A DNA stretch of 48,874 bases from an uncultured bacterium (GCA_964372275.1 CAYJRR010000016.1:1-48874); one strand, 5' to 3'; shown: positions 29,670 through 39,764, numbered from the stretch's first letter. Notes: generated by a model not told the origin, from the letters alone. A program made the numbers and translations.

Positions 29670-31526
29670 ATGCAAGAGTTTCCGCCGGTCTCCGACTACG
29701 CCCTCCTCTCCGACTGCCACTCCGCCGCCCTCGTCTCGCGCGAAGGTTGCGTCGAGTGGCTGTGCATGCCGTCCTTCGACTCGAGCTCGGTCTTCGCGTC
29801 GATCCTCGACCGCCGCCGCGGAGGCCGGTTCCGCGTGGCGCCACCGGTGGTGACGCGGACGAAGCGCCGCTACCGCGCCGGCACCAACGTCCTGCAGACC
29901 CGGTTCGTGACCCCGACCGGCGTCTGCAGAGTGACCGACTTCCTCGCGATCTCCCCCGACTCCGAGCCCGAGACCCCCGAGAGCCTGATCGCCGAGCACC
30001 GGCTCGTCCGGCGCGTCGAGTGCGAGGAGGGCGAGGTCGAGGTCGAAGTCGACTGCGCCCCGCGCCCCGACTACGGACGCTGCATCCCCGCGCTGGAAAT
30101 CGCCCGCAAGGGACGCCGCGTGACCTTCGACTCCCCGGACGTCTTCTTCACCCTCGACAGCACCCACCCGCTCGAGGCCTCCGCGGCGGACGGGGCGGCG
30201 CGCGGCCGCTGGCGGCTCTCCAAGGGGGAGCGGGCCGACATCGTCTTCAGCCACGTCGCCGGCGGATCGCGGCGGCCGGTCGGCGAGCGCGACGCCGAGC
30301 TCCTGCTCGGCGCGACGCTCGACTTCTGGCGGCACTGGAGCGGGCAGCTCCGCTACGCCGGCCCCTACCGCGAGCAGGTGTTGCGCAGCGCGCTCACGCT
30401 CAAGGGACTGGTCTACGCCCCGACCGGCGCGATCATCGCCGCGCCGACCACCTCGCTCCCCGAGGAGATCGGCGGCGTGCGCAACTGGGACTACCGCTAC
30501 ACCTGGCTGCTGGACGCGAGCTTCACGCTCTCCGCTTTCCACACCCTCGGTTACACCGGCGAGGCGGTCGCCTTCTTCGAATGGCTGCAGCGCACCACGC
30601 GCGCGTCCGGCGGCGATCTGCAGGTCCTCTACGGCATCCGCGGGCGCAACCAGGTTCCGGAGGTGGAGCTGCCGTACCTGAGCGGCTACCGGAATTCGCG
30701 CCCGGTGCGGATCGGGAACGCCGCCGCGCACCAGTTCCAGCTCGACATCTACGGAGAGGTGGTCGACGCCTACTACCTCTTCCGCGATGCGTTGGGAAAG
30801 GACCGGGAGAGCGATCTCCGCTGGGCCTATCGCATCGTCGACCACGTCTCGCGCGTCTGGGATCGTCCGGACGAGGGGATCTGGGAGGTGCGGAACGGTC
30901 CGAGGCACTTCGTCTACTCCAAGGCGCTGGCCTGGGTGGCGCTGCACCGAGGCGCGCGGCTCGCGCGCGACTACGGGGGCGGCGAGCCCGACCGGTGGGA
31001 GGCGGCGGCGACGGAGATCGCGCGCGCCGTCTACGAGCGCGGCTTCGATCCGGAGGTCGGCGCGTTCGTGCAGTCGTTCGGCTCGAAGACGCTCGACGCC
31101 AGCGCGCTGCGGCTCCCGCTGGTCGGATTCGTCGACGCACGCGATCCGCGGATGCTGTCGACCATCGACGCCGTCCTCGCGCGGCTGACGAGGAACGGCC
31201 TCGTCCACCGCTACGGCGAGATGGACGACGGCGTCGGCGGCGGCGAAGGCAGCTTCGCGATCTGCACCTTCTGGATGGTGCAGTGCCTCGCGCTCGCCGG
31301 GCGGCAGGCCGAAGCGGAGGCGATGTTCGCCAACGTGCTCCGCTACGCCAACGACCTCGGACTGTTCGCGGAGGAGATCGACGCCTCGACCGGCGAGCAG
31401 CTCGGGAACTTCCCCCAGGCCTTCACCCACATCGGCCTGATCAACGCCGCCGAGCGGCTGCAGGGGGTCGACGTCGCGGCGGAGAACCCGGAGCACGACC
31501 GCGCCGAGCTCCCTTGGCCGGATTGA
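29670..31526 (+). CDS. glycoside hydrolase family 15 (trehalase/glucoamylase-like)
   Basis: DYALLSDCHSAALV, AAPTTSLPE..GGVRNWDYRYTW, QLDIYGE, PDEGIWE, GLFAEE, GNFPQAFTH; RBS GGAG. Confidence 0.93.
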   Translation: MQEFPPVSDYALLSDCHSAALVSREGCVEWLCMPSFDSSSVFASILDRRRGGRFRVAPPVVTRTKRRYRAGTNVLQTRFVTPTGVCRVTDFLAISPDSEPETPESLIAEHRLVRRVECEEGEVEVEVDCAPRPDYGRCIPALEIARKGRRVTFDSPDVFFTLDSTHPLEASAADGAARGRWRLSKGERADIVFSHVAGGSRRPVGERDAELLLGATLDFWRHWSGQLRYAGPYREQVLRSALTLKGLVYAPTGAIIAAPTTSLPEEIGGVRNWDYRYTWLLDASFTLSAFHTLGYTGEAVAFFEWLQRTTRASGGDLQVLYGIRGRNQVPEVELPYLSGYRNSRPVRIGNAAAHQFQLDIYGEVVDAYYLFRDALGKDRESDLRWAYRIVDHVSRVWDRPDEGIWEVRNGPRHFVYSKALAWVALHRGARLARDYGGGEPDRWEAAATEIARAVYERGFDPEVGAFVQSFGSKTLDASALRLPLVGFVDARDPRMLSTIDAVLARLTRNGLVHRYGEMDDGVGGGEGSFAICTFWMVQCLALAGRQAEAEAMFANVLRYANDLGLFAEEIDASTGEQLGNFPQAFTHIGLINAAERLQGVDVAAENPEHDRAELPWPD

Positions 31527-31539
31527 CGGCGCCCGCGCG

Positions 31540-33534
31540 CTACGGCGCCACCGCGGAGGCCGTCGACGAGAACGGTCCGTATCCCTGCGCCGAGAACGCC
31601 TCGACCTTGTAGGTATAGGACGTGCCGCTGTCGACCCCGTAGTCGATGTACTGGGTGCCCCCCGGCCCGGTGGCGCCCGCTCGGAAGAACGAGACGCCAT
31701 CGGTCGAACGGAAGACGACGAACCCCAGCTCGTCCGCCGAGGGATGAGTCCACCCGAGCTCGATCGAGACGTATTCGGTCCCCGGCGTCGCCGTCAGCGA
31801 GGTGGGCGCGGCGAGCGTGGCGAGGACCGATCCGGATTGGGTCTCGACGTGGGTCTCCGTCGCCTCCGGCACGACCGAGGTATCCGCGACCGCGACGTTC
31901 GTCGCCACCAGCGGAACGAACGATTCGGTCGCCGCCACGGCCGTCGTCGCGACCGACGCCGTGGTCACGAGCATCGACACGCCGCTCACCGACTCCTCCA
32001 ACGGGACCGTCCCGTCCGAACCGAGCCGGAGTAGCCAGACGCCGTACGCGGCCGTGAAGCTGCCGTAGCCCAGGACCGCGAGCCCGCGGTCGTAGGTGCG
32101 GGCGGCTGCGAACCCGACGTCGTCGAGCGGGCCACCGACCGCGCGCTGCGATTCGAGATCGCCCGCGGCGTCGAGCTTCAAGATCCACGCGTCCTTCCAC
32201 TCGCCGAGCCCGGGCACGCGCTCCCGCGTCGTCGAGCCGACCACCCAGAACCCCCCGTCGGACGACGGTTCGATGGCGTTGCCGACCTGCGCCCCGGGAA
32301 GGCCGTACGACCTCTGCCAGACGAGACCCCCTTCACGGTCGATCTTGATCACCCAGGCATCGCTCAGGCCGCTGGTCCCTCGCGTCCCCGCCAGGACGAA
32401 GCCGTCGTCGCCGGCCGGAGAGGCCGCGCCTCCTCCCATCGTTTCGATGCCGCTCCCGCCGTAGGTCCGCTGCCACGCGATCGAGCCGGACGGGTGCAGT
32501 TTGACGACCCAGAAGTCGGTGTTCGTGGAGCCGTAACCGAACGTCCCCGACAAGAGGAAGTGTCCGTCCGCCGTCGGCGCGATTCCGGTGAAGGTGTCGG
32601 CGAACGCCCCTCCATGGGCGTTCTCCCACTCGACCGCCCCTCCCGGGTCGAGCTTGACGACCCATCCATCACCATCCAGGTCTCCGAATCCGAGCCGGGT
32701 GTGGCCGGCTACCAGGAACCCGCCGTCGTCGGTGGCCACGACGGCGTTCCCCCCGCTGACCGAGCTGCCGCCGTACGTCCGTTGCCACAGGACGTCGCCG
32801 TCCGAGTCCAATCTCACGATCCAGAGGTCGTACCACCCCGCACCGAACGAGTCGGTCGTACCCACCACCAGATAGCCGCCGTCCGCGGTTTGAATGGCCT
32901 GGGACGGCCAGTCGTATCCCGAGCCGACGAATCGCTTCTGCCACGCGACCGCGCCGTCCTCGGCGAGCTTCGCGATCCACGCGTCCGTATCGTCGACGGT
33001 GGTCGTCGCCAGGACCACGTATCCATGATCGTCCGTCTCGCGCACCGAACCGAGCACGACGGAACCGAAGATGGGGCCTCCGAAGAACCCGTAGGCGGTG
33101 TCGTCCTCCCCGATCGACCTCGCCCACGGGTCGGCCACCGGCACCACCACCAGCGCCACCGCCACCGGCTCCGACCGGCTCGATCCGGAGGTCCGTCGGT
33201 AGGCGAAGGTGTCGACTCCGTGGAAGTCGGGATCGGGCGCGTAGGAAAAGGAACCGTCCGGCTCGAGATCGAGCGCGCCGTGCGCCGGGCCGGTGTCGAG
33301 GATACAGCCGCTCCCGGACCCGCCGGAATCTCCGTCGTTGGCGAGCACGCCATCCGCGGCGGAGACGTCGAGCGACCCGTCTTCGAGAAGCTCGTAGACG
33401 TCGGCCGCTCCGTCGGGCCGATCGCCGGTGCCCCCGGCCCGATCGCGGGTGCACGACGCAAGCGCCGCCACCGCGATCCACGCGATCGTCGTCGATCCCC
33501 TGTGCACCGCCCCCCCGAGCGGCGATCGTGACAT
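31540..33534 (-). CDS. surface lipoprotein: Ig-like (Big_9) domain, 7-blade beta-propeller, FN3-like domain
   Basis: LASC lipobox; GVLAND...DGSFSYAPDPDFHGVDTFAY; seven xW(I/V)xKLDxxGxxxWQxxYGG-type repeats; APTSLTA...YTYKVEAFS. Start approximate. Confidence 0.85.
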   Translation of the reverse strand: MSRSPLGGAVHRGSTTIAWIAVAALASCTRDRAGGTGDRPDGAADVYELLEDGSLDVSAADGVLANDGDSGGSGSGCILDTGPAHGALDLEPDGSFSYAPDPDFHGVDTFAYRRTSGSSRSEPVAVALVVVPVADPWARSIGEDDTAYGFFGGPIFGSVVLGSVRETDDHGYVVLATTTVDDTDAWIAKLAEDGAVAWQKRFVGSGYDWPSQAIQTADGGYLVVGTTDSFGAGWYDLWIVRLDSDGDVLWQRTYGGSSVSGGNAVVATDDGGFLVAGHTRLGFGDLDGDGWVVKLDPGGAVEWENAHGGAFADTFTGIAPTADGHFLLSGTFGYGSTNTDFWVVKLHPSGSIAWQRTYGGSGIETMGGGAASPAGDDGFVLAGTRGTSGLSDAWVIKIDREGGLVWQRSYGLPGAQVGNAIEPSSDGGFWVVGSTTRERVPGLGEWKDAWILKLDAAGDLESQRAVGGPLDDVGFAAARTYDRGLAVLGYGSFTAAYGVWLLRLGSDGTVPLEESVSGVSMLVTTASVATTAVAATESFVPLVATNVAVADTSVVPEATETHVETQSGSVLATLAAPTSLTATPGTEYVSIELGWTHPSADELGFVVFRSTDGVSFFRAGATGPGGTQYIDYGVDSGTSYTYKVEAFSAQGYGPFSSTASAVAP

Positions 33535-33556
33535 TGTTCGGCGAATTCGGCGATCC

Positions 33557-34825
33557 CTAGGCCGCGGCCGGCTCCGGCTGCGTGACGCGCCAGGCGACGG
33601 CGACGGCGGTCGCGAGCAGCGCCGCGGACAGGAGGAACGCGGCGCCGGGAAGCTGCACGCGCGAGCCGGCGTCGATGGCACGCGCGAAGGTCTGGGTGAA
33701 CAGACCCGGTCCGATCACGCCGGTGATCCCGCGGATCCCGGTGAGCGCCCCTTGCAGCTGTCCCTGCTCGGTGGCGGAGACGCGCCGGCTCATCAGGCTC
33801 TGCGCCGACGCGCCGAACAGGCCCCAGAGCGACATCACCGGCACGCCGATCCAGAAGACAGGACCGGTCACCGCGAGGCCGTAGATGGCGAAGCCGGCGC
33901 TTCCGAAGACGAGACCGGCGAGCAGAGCGCGCCGCTCGCCGACCCGGGCGACCACCGGCCGCACCAACCCTCCCTGCACGACCATCGCGCAGATCCCGAC
34001 CGCGGCGAGCGTCAATCCGACGATGCGCTCGTCCCAACCGTAGCGGTGATGGGCGTAGAGGACGAAGGTGCTGGGGAGCGACTCGTGCGCCAGGTAGAAG
34101 AGGATCATCACCGCCGCCAGCCCCAGGACCTCGGGGTGGGAACGGAGCAGCGAGAACGCGCCGAGGGGGTTCGCGCGCCGCCACGAGAAGGTGCGCGGTC
34201 CGGGCGGGAGCGACTCCGGAAGGATGAAGAAGCCGTAGACGGCGTTGGCCAGGCTCAGGGCTCCCGCGACCCAGAACGGCAGCCGCGGATCGACGTCTCC
34301 CAGCACGCCGCCGATCGCGGGCCCGAGTACGAAGCCGAGGCCGAACGCGGCGCCGAGCAGTCCGAATCCGGCCGCGCGCCGCTCGGGCGGCGTCACGTCG
34401 GCGATGTAGGCGCCGGCGGTCGAGAAGCTGGCGGCGGTGATCCCCGACAGGACGCGGCCGAACAGCAGCCAGCCGATCGACGGGGCCAGCGCCATCACCA
34501 CGTAGTCGAGGCCCAGCCCGAGATTGGAGAGGAGGATGATCGGGCGGCGCCCGAACCGGTCCGACAGCGCGCCGAGCGTCGGCGAGCAGAGAAGCTGCAT
34601 CAGGGCCCAGACGGTGCCGAACAGGCCGTAGATCTCCGCGGCGCGGACGGTGTCGCCGCCCATGAACTCCTGGACCAGCTTCGGCAGGACGGGGATGACG
34701 ATCCCCAGCGCGACCACGTCGAGCAGCGCCGTGACGAAGATGAAGGCGATCGCCGCACGGCGCGGCACGTTCGCAGACTCGACCGGCGCCCCCGCGGAAC
34801 CCGCCGTGCCACCGACGTCCGACAT
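33557..34825 (-). CDS. TCR/Tet-family MFS transporter
   Basis: LGALSDRFGRRP, AYIADVTPPERRA, GFVLGPAIGG, LPESL; about 12 TM helices. Confidence 0.92.
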   Translation of the reverse strand: MSDVGGTAGSAGAPVESANVPRRAAIAFIFVTALLDVVALGIVIPVLPKLVQEFMGGDTVRAAEIYGLFGTVWALMQLLCSPTLGALSDRFGRRPIILLSNLGLGLDYVVMALAPSIGWLLFGRVLSGITAASFSTAGAYIADVTPPERRAAGFGLLGAAFGLGFVLGPAIGGVLGDVDPRLPFWVAGALSLANAVYGFFILPESLPPGPRTFSWRRANPLGAFSLLRSHPEVLGLAAVMILFYLAHESLPSTFVLYAHHRYGWDERIVGLTLAAVGICAMVVQGGLVRPVVARVGERRALLAGLVFGSAGFAIYGLAVTGPVFWIGVPVMSLWGLFGASAQSLMSRRVSATEQGQLQGALTGIRGITGVIGPGLFTQTFARAIDAGSRVQLPGAAFLLSAALLATAVAVAWRVTQPEPAAA

Positions 34826-34832
34826 TCCGCGG

Positions 34833-34841
34833 ATGCTAGCA
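34833..34841 (-). promoter_or_regulatory. extended -10 (TGcTAGCAT), probable leaderless promoter
   Basis: Ends 7 nt before the MFS ATG at 34825; no SD sequence. Confidence 0.45.
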
Positions 34842-34876
34842 GGGTTTCGCCACCCGCGCGGGTCGACCGGCCCGAG

Positions 34877-35320
34877 CTACGCGCCTTCGCGCGTCCGAGC
34901 CCGGAGCTCGTAGACGTGCTGCGTCTTGAACCGGACGAAGCCGAGCGCCGGATAGAACCGGTGTGCCTCCTCGCGCGCGGCGTTGGAGTGCACGACGACG
35001 CGCGCGAAGCCGCGCTCCCGCGCCCAGGCCAGCCCCCGTTCGACGAGCCGCCGGCCGGCGCCGGTGCGCCGCGCCTCGCGGTCGACGACCAGACCGCCGA
35101 TCTCCGCGTAGGCGTCGGTCTCCAGCAACACCTGGGGATGGAGGTGGATCCATCCCACGACGACGCCGTCCCTCTCGGCGACGAACGCCGCGTGGTCGTC
35201 CCGCGCGCGGACCGCGTGGAAGCGCGCGCGCAGCGCCGGCCGTGCGACCGGATAACCGAGCTGCTCCGAAAGCGCCGCCACCCGGTCGAGGTCGGCGTCG
35301 GCCATCGCGCGGACGATCAT
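34877..35320 (-). CDS. GNAT family N-acetyltransferase
   Basis: LSEQLGYP, LVVDREARRTGAG, AHRFYPALGF. Confidence 0.88.
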   Translation of the reverse strand: MIVRAMADADLDRVAALSEQLGYPVARPALRARFHAVRARDDHAAFVAERDGVVVGWIHLHPQVLLETDAYAEIGGLVVDREARRTGAGRRLVERGLAWARERGFARVVVHSNAAREEAHRFYPALGFVRFKTQHVYELRARTREGA

Positions 35321-35503
35321 GCGGCGATCGTCGCCCGCGCGGCGGCAGGCGCCAAGCTCCGCGGCTCCGCCCCGCACGCGCTCGTCGCCGGACCGTGGAC
35401 GCCCAGCCGCGTCGGAGTTTTCGGGTGTTTCGTCCCGGGCGGATGCGGTCCGGTACCCCTGGGGAGCGCGCGCCGAGGAGCGGGTGTCCGACGATCCACC
35501 GTG

Positions 35504-35519
35504 TTGAATGATTGTTCAA
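35504..35519. promoter_or_regulatory. palindromic operator-like site TTGAA-N6-TTCAA
   Basis: TTGAAtgattgTTCAA in an AT-rich patch between divergent genes. Confidence 0.4.
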
Positions 35520-35585
35520 TATCGTACAGGCACTTTCCAGCGGTCCGACAATTGCTTGGCACGCGCGGCCACTACGGAGGCCACG

Positions 35586-36107
35586 ATGAAGATGCCCGCT
35601 CTGCTGCTTCTCTCGCTCGCCCTGCCGACCCCGTCTTTCGCGCTCGAAGGGGGGTGCGCCACCGATTCCCACACGCCGCCCGCGGCCCTCACGGAGATCG
35701 CCACGGCTCTCGGTTACGTCTCCTCCGATCCGCTCGCCGGAGTGCCGGACGGAACGTTCCAGATTCCGGCGCGGTTCCTCGACTCGGCGAAGACGTTCGT
35801 GGTTCGAAAGGCGGGCGACGTGACGACGGTCTCCGTAGGGTTCGGACACCATCCGGCGTACGCGGCGACGGTTCTGCCCGACGGCTCGTTCTTCCTCCCC
35901 GACCCCAACCGGGGCGTGCGGTTTCCGCGGATCACATGGGAGCTCTCCGGAACGATCCACGTCGAGGGCGGCGCGCTCGTCTTCCGCGCCACCGAGACGT
36001 ACGTCTCCCTCGACCGGTCGAACGAAACCGGAGAGATCCGCGGCGTCCTCTTCCGGAAGAGGTCCGACTGGCGCGGGTCGGTCCCCGCGGTCCCCGTGGT
36101 CGATTGA
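35586..36107 (+). CDS. hypothetical secreted protein
   Basis: MKMPALLLLSLALPTPSFA signal; RBS GGAGG; beta-rich mature region. Confidence 0.75.
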   Translation: MKMPALLLLSLALPTPSFALEGGCATDSHTPPAALTEIATALGYVSSDPLAGVPDGTFQIPARFLDSAKTFVVRKAGDVTTVSVGFGHHPAYAATVLPDGSFFLPDPNRGVRFPRITWELSGTIHVEGGALVFRATETYVSLDRSNETGEIRGVLFRKRSDWRGSVPAVPVVD

Positions 36108-36157
36108 CCGGCCCTCGGGCATTGGCTAGGTTGGCCGGCCCCGCACGAGGAGCTTCG

Positions 36158-38137
36158 ATGCCCGCCGACCGCCGGCCGATGACGCTGACGCAGAAGATCC
36201 TGGCGCACCACGCGCGGGGGCTGAAGCGGCCGTGGGTCCAGGCGGGGGACATCCTGCGGATCCGCGTCGACTGGACGATCGCCTCCGAGCTCGCCTGGAA
36301 CGGGATGGATCGCACCTACACCCTGCTCGGGCGGCCGAAGGTCCACGACGCGGAGCGGTTCTACCTGGCGGTCGACCATACGGTCGATCCGGTGACCCTC
36401 GCCGGCGATCGCAAGGCGCAGGCCTTGACGCAGCTCTCGCGCGCCTTCGCCAAGGAGAGCGGGATCCGCCACTTCTACGACGCGAACGAGACGATCCTGC
36501 ACACCAAGTTCTATCGCGACCTGGTGCAGCCGGGGGAGGTCGTGCTCGGCGCCGACTCCCACTCCTCGAGCCACGGAGGCCTGGGCGCCTTCTCGATCGG
36601 GCTGGGCGGCGCCGACATCGCGGTGGCGATGGTCCTGGGCGAGAGCTGGATCGAGGTGCCGGAGTCGATCGCGGTCGAGTATCGCGGGTCGCTTCCGTTC
36701 GGGATCGGCGGAAAGGACGTCATCCTCAAGACGTTGGGCGCGCTCGGACGGAACACCGTGGCGATGGAGCGCTCGGTCGAATATCGCGGCGAGGCAGCGC
36801 GGCGCTTCACCACCGACATGCGATTCACGATCGCCAACATGACCGCCGAGTTCGGCGGGCTCAACGGGATCTTCGAGGCGGACGAGGTGACGCGCGAGTG
36901 GCTCGGGAGCCGCCGGTCGCACAACGGTTCGGCGCTCTACTTTCGCGCCGACGACGACGCGCCGTACGTGGAACGCTACCCGATCGAGTTGGGGGGTCTC
37001 GGACCGCAGGTGGCCAAGCCGTTCTCGCCGGACAACGTGTGGGAGCTCGACCAGGTCCGCGGGCAGACGCTCGACGGCTGCTTCATCGGCGCCTGCACCA
37101 CCACCGAGGAGGAGCTGGTCCTGGCGGCGCTCCTGCTCGAGACGCAGCTCGCGGAGGGGATCCGGCCGGTTACGACGACGAAGCGGCTGGTCGTCCCCGG
37201 CGATCTGACGATCGTGCAGAACCTGCAGGAGTCGGGACTGCTCGCCGTCTACGAGAAGGCCGGCTTCCGGATCGGCCCGCCGGGCTGCTCGATGTGCTTA
37301 GGGATCGCGAGCGAGAAGGCGGGTCGCGGCGAGATCTGGCTGTCGTCCCAGAATCGGAACTACGAGAACCGGATGGGGGAAGGGTCGCTGGCCTGGCTGG
37401 CGTCGGCGGCGACCGTCGCCGCTTCGGCGATGCGCCTGGAGATCGCCGATCCGCGCCCGTTCCTGGCGCGCGTCGATCGCGATCGCTACGCGCGGATCCT
37501 GCGTCGCGAACCGGCCAGCGCGACGCCGGAGCTACGCTCGGTCGAGCCGACCACCGAGCTCGTGCGGGACGCGGCGTCCGGGGCGGACGCCGGCCCGGCG
37601 GACGGCAGCGCGATGCCGATCCGCGGCCGGGTTCAGCGGTTCGGCGACCACGTCGACACCGACGCCATCATCCCCGGCGAGTTCTGCCATCTCACCAAGC
37701 TCGAGGAGCTGGGGAGCCACTGCTTCCACCACGTCCGTCCCGAGTTTCCCGCTCGGGCGAAGGAGGGGCGGACGATCGTCGTCGCAGGCCGCGGCTGGGG
37801 GTCGGGCAGCTCGCGCGAGCAGGCAGTGCTGGCGCTCAAAGGGGCGGGCATCCGGCTGGTGATCGCCCGGTCCTACGCCTTCATCCACAAGCGCAACCTG
37901 GTCAACGAGGCGGTCGCCTATCTCGTGGTCGACGACGACGACTTCTACGCGCTGGCGGAGGAGGACGCGGAGCTTGACGCCGACCTCGCCAGCGGCCGCG
38001 TGCTGCACGTCGCGAGCGGCCGGACCTTCCGCGCCGTCCCGCCGACGCCGATGATCCGCGCCTTGCAGCGCGAAGGGGGCCTCGTCCCCGCCATCCAGCA
38101 CCTCGGGCCCCAGGTCTTCGAACGGCTCACCGCCTAG
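36158..38137 (+). CDS. aconitase-family hydro-lyase, fused LeuC-like and LeuD-like (swivel) domains
   Basis: MTLTQKILA, GADSHS, FIGACTT, PGCSMCLG, SSQNRNYENRMG; then GDHVDTDAIIP, GSGSSREQA, SYAFIHKRN; RBS GAGGAG. Confidence 0.88.
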   Translation: MPADRRPMTLTQKILAHHARGLKRPWVQAGDILRIRVDWTIASELAWNGMDRTYTLLGRPKVHDAERFYLAVDHTVDPVTLAGDRKAQALTQLSRAFAKESGIRHFYDANETILHTKFYRDLVQPGEVVLGADSHSSSHGGLGAFSIGLGGADIAVAMVLGESWIEVPESIAVEYRGSLPFGIGGKDVILKTLGALGRNTVAMERSVEYRGEAARRFTTDMRFTIANMTAEFGGLNGIFEADEVTREWLGSRRSHNGSALYFRADDDAPYVERYPIELGGLGPQVAKPFSPDNVWELDQVRGQTLDGCFIGACTTTEEELVLAALLLETQLAEGIRPVTTTKRLVVPGDLTIVQNLQESGLLAVYEKAGFRIGPPGCSMCLGIASEKAGRGEIWLSSQNRNYENRMGEGSLAWLASAATVAASAMRLEIADPRPFLARVDRDRYARILRREPASATPELRSVEPTTELVRDAASGADAGPADGSAMPIRGRVQRFGDHVDTDAIIPGEFCHLTKLEELGSHCFHHVRPEFPARAKEGRTIVVAGRGWGSGSSREQAVLALKGAGIRLVIARSYAFIHKRNLVNEAVAYLVVDDDDFYALAEEDAELDADLASGRVLHVASGRTFRAVPPTPMIRALQREGGLVPAIQHLGPQVFERLTA

Positions 38138-38195
38138 CCGTCTTCCGGAGCGCGCGGCGCGGTCCCCGAACGAGCGTACAATCCGACGCGACTCC

Positions 38196-39764
38196 ATGCG
38201 CGCGCGTTGGCTGCCCTGGATCCTGGCGGCGGTGCTCTGGCCGGCGATCCTCCCTTTTCCCTTCCTGAACAACACGGGGCAGTTCGCGCTGATGGCGTCG
38301 CGCTGGGCGGCGGGGGACGTCCTCTATCGGGACATCGCCGACAACCGGCCGCCGCTCTCCTACGCGATCTGGCGGGTCGGTCTGGCCGTGTTCGGACCTG
38401 CGCGCCCCTACGTCTGGTTGGAGCTCGCGGTGCAGATCGCGATGCTCGCCGGGATCCTGGCGTTCGCGCGGCGCGCCTGGGGGGAGCGCGTCGCCCTCCG
38501 CGCCGCCGTCGTCTGGGTGGTGACGTCGTTCGGCTATCTGCGTCCGGACTTCATCGCGGAGAGCGAGACGTTCTGCATGCCACTGGTGTTGGCGGCAATG
38601 GCCCTCGCGCTCTTCGGACCGGCCGACCGGCGGGGCGCGTTCCTGACGCACGTCGGCCTCGGGGCCGTCGGGGGCCTGCTCGTCGCGATCAAGCTCGTCC
38701 CCGGGGCGATCGCCGGCGGAGCGTGGCTGTGGCGCCTCGATCGGCGGCGGCGCGAAGGTCGGCTGCGCGAGGAGCTTACGCTCGCGGTCGCCGGGTTCGC
38801 GATCGGTCTCGCGGCAGCGGTCGTTCCGTGGATCGTCTACCTGCACCGCTCCGGCGGTCTCCCGTCGATCCTCCGTCTTTGGATCGACTGGGGTGGCCCC
38901 CCCACCGACGTGTCGTCGCTCCCGTCGCGCCTGCTGCGCACCGCCGGGGGACTCCCCTGGGGACTCGTCTACTACGTTCCGGCCGGGATCCTCGGCCTGC
39001 TCGCGCTCCCGCGCCTGCGAAAGGTGGCGCGCGCGCCGGCCGACTCGCTCGCGATCGCCTGCATCGCCGCCGCCCTGTTCGCCGTCGCATTGCAAGACCT
39101 GTGGTACGGCTACCACTTCCTCCTCGCCCTGCCGCCGCTGGCGATGCTCGCCGGACGGTGGTGGGAGATCGTCCGCTCCGAGGCGAATCCGACCGGTGGC
39201 CGCGCGGGGGCGGTGATCCTCGCGGCGCTGCTGGTGCTCTCGCCGTTCGTCCCGCGGATCGCCGGCCACCCGCCGGGCGCGAAGTGGTGGTGGGCGGCGC
39301 GCTACGCCGCCGGCCTCGACACGCGGGAGAGCTACGTCTCCCGCTTCGCCGTGCCCGGGATCGGCGATCCCGCCGCGGACGAGGCCGCCGCCCGCCGGCT
39401 CGCGCGCGAGACGCGCGCGGAAGACCGCGTCCTCCTCTGGGGGTTCGCGCCGCACGTCCTCTTCCTCGCCGGCCGCGCGCCGGCCGCGCGCTTCATCGAG
39501 CAGTTCCCCTATTCGTGCGAGAACTGCAATCCGGCGCTGCGCGAGGAGCTGCTCGCCTCCCTGAAGGGCAACCCTCCTCCGGTCGCGATGGTGCACTTCG
39601 ACGAGCTCAACCGCAGCGAGTACCGCGATCCGCGCACGGCGCAGACGACGCTCGAAGAGTTCACCGAGCTCCATCGCTGGCTCACCGAAGCCTACGAGCC
39701 CGCCGGCCGCGAGGGTCACTTCGACTTCTACCGCCGGCGCGCGCCGGCCACGGAGGCCCCGTGA
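38196..39764 (+). CDS. multi-TM GT-C-type glycosyltransferase (ArnT/PMT-like)
   Basis: GDVLYRDIADNRPP loop, ESETF, many TM helices, YGYHFL, C-terminal soluble domain. Confidence 0.7.
   Translation: MRARWLPWILAAVLWPAILPFPFLNNTGQFALMASRWAAGDVLYRDIADNRPPLSYAIWRVGLAVFGPARPYVWLELAVQIAMLAGILAFARRAWGERVALRAAVVWVVTSFGYLRPDFIAESETFCMPLVLAAMALALFGPADRRGAFLTHVGLGAVGGLLVAIKLVPGAIAGGAWLWRLDRRRREGRLREELTLAVAGFAIGLAAAVVPWIVYLHRSGGLPSILRLWIDWGGPPTDVSSLPSRLLRTAGGLPWGLVYYVPAGILGLLALPRLRKVARAPADSLAIACIAAALFAVALQDLWYGYHFLLALPPLAMLAGRWWEIVRSEANPTGGRAGAVILAALLVLSPFVPRIAGHPPGAKWWWAARYAAGLDTRESYVSRFAVPGIGDPAADEAAARRLARETRAEDRVLLWGFAPHVLFLAGRAPAARFIEQFPYSCENCNPALREELLASLKGNPPPVAMVHFDELNRSEYRDPRTAQTTLEEFTELHRWLTEAYEPAGREGHFDFYRRRAPATEAP

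Noticed and set aside
25998-31526. 1842-aa ORF on the + strand
   Set aside because: Only the part from ATG 29670 is real (GH15). The rest is stop-free antisense to the TIGR01777, mutM and gntK genes, as expected at this GC content.
33557-34825. Tetracycline resistance gene
   Set aside because: Family-level MFS similarity only. There is no tetR or mobile context, and the substrate cannot be inferred.
35557-35571. TGGCACG upstream of the 35586 gene as a sigma54 promoter
   Set aside because: There is no GC at the -12 position (GG-N10-CA).
33428-38137. 1569-aa ORF on the + strand
   Set aside because: Real coding begins at 36158. The upstream part is an Arg/Pro-rich shadow of the MFS and GNAT genes.
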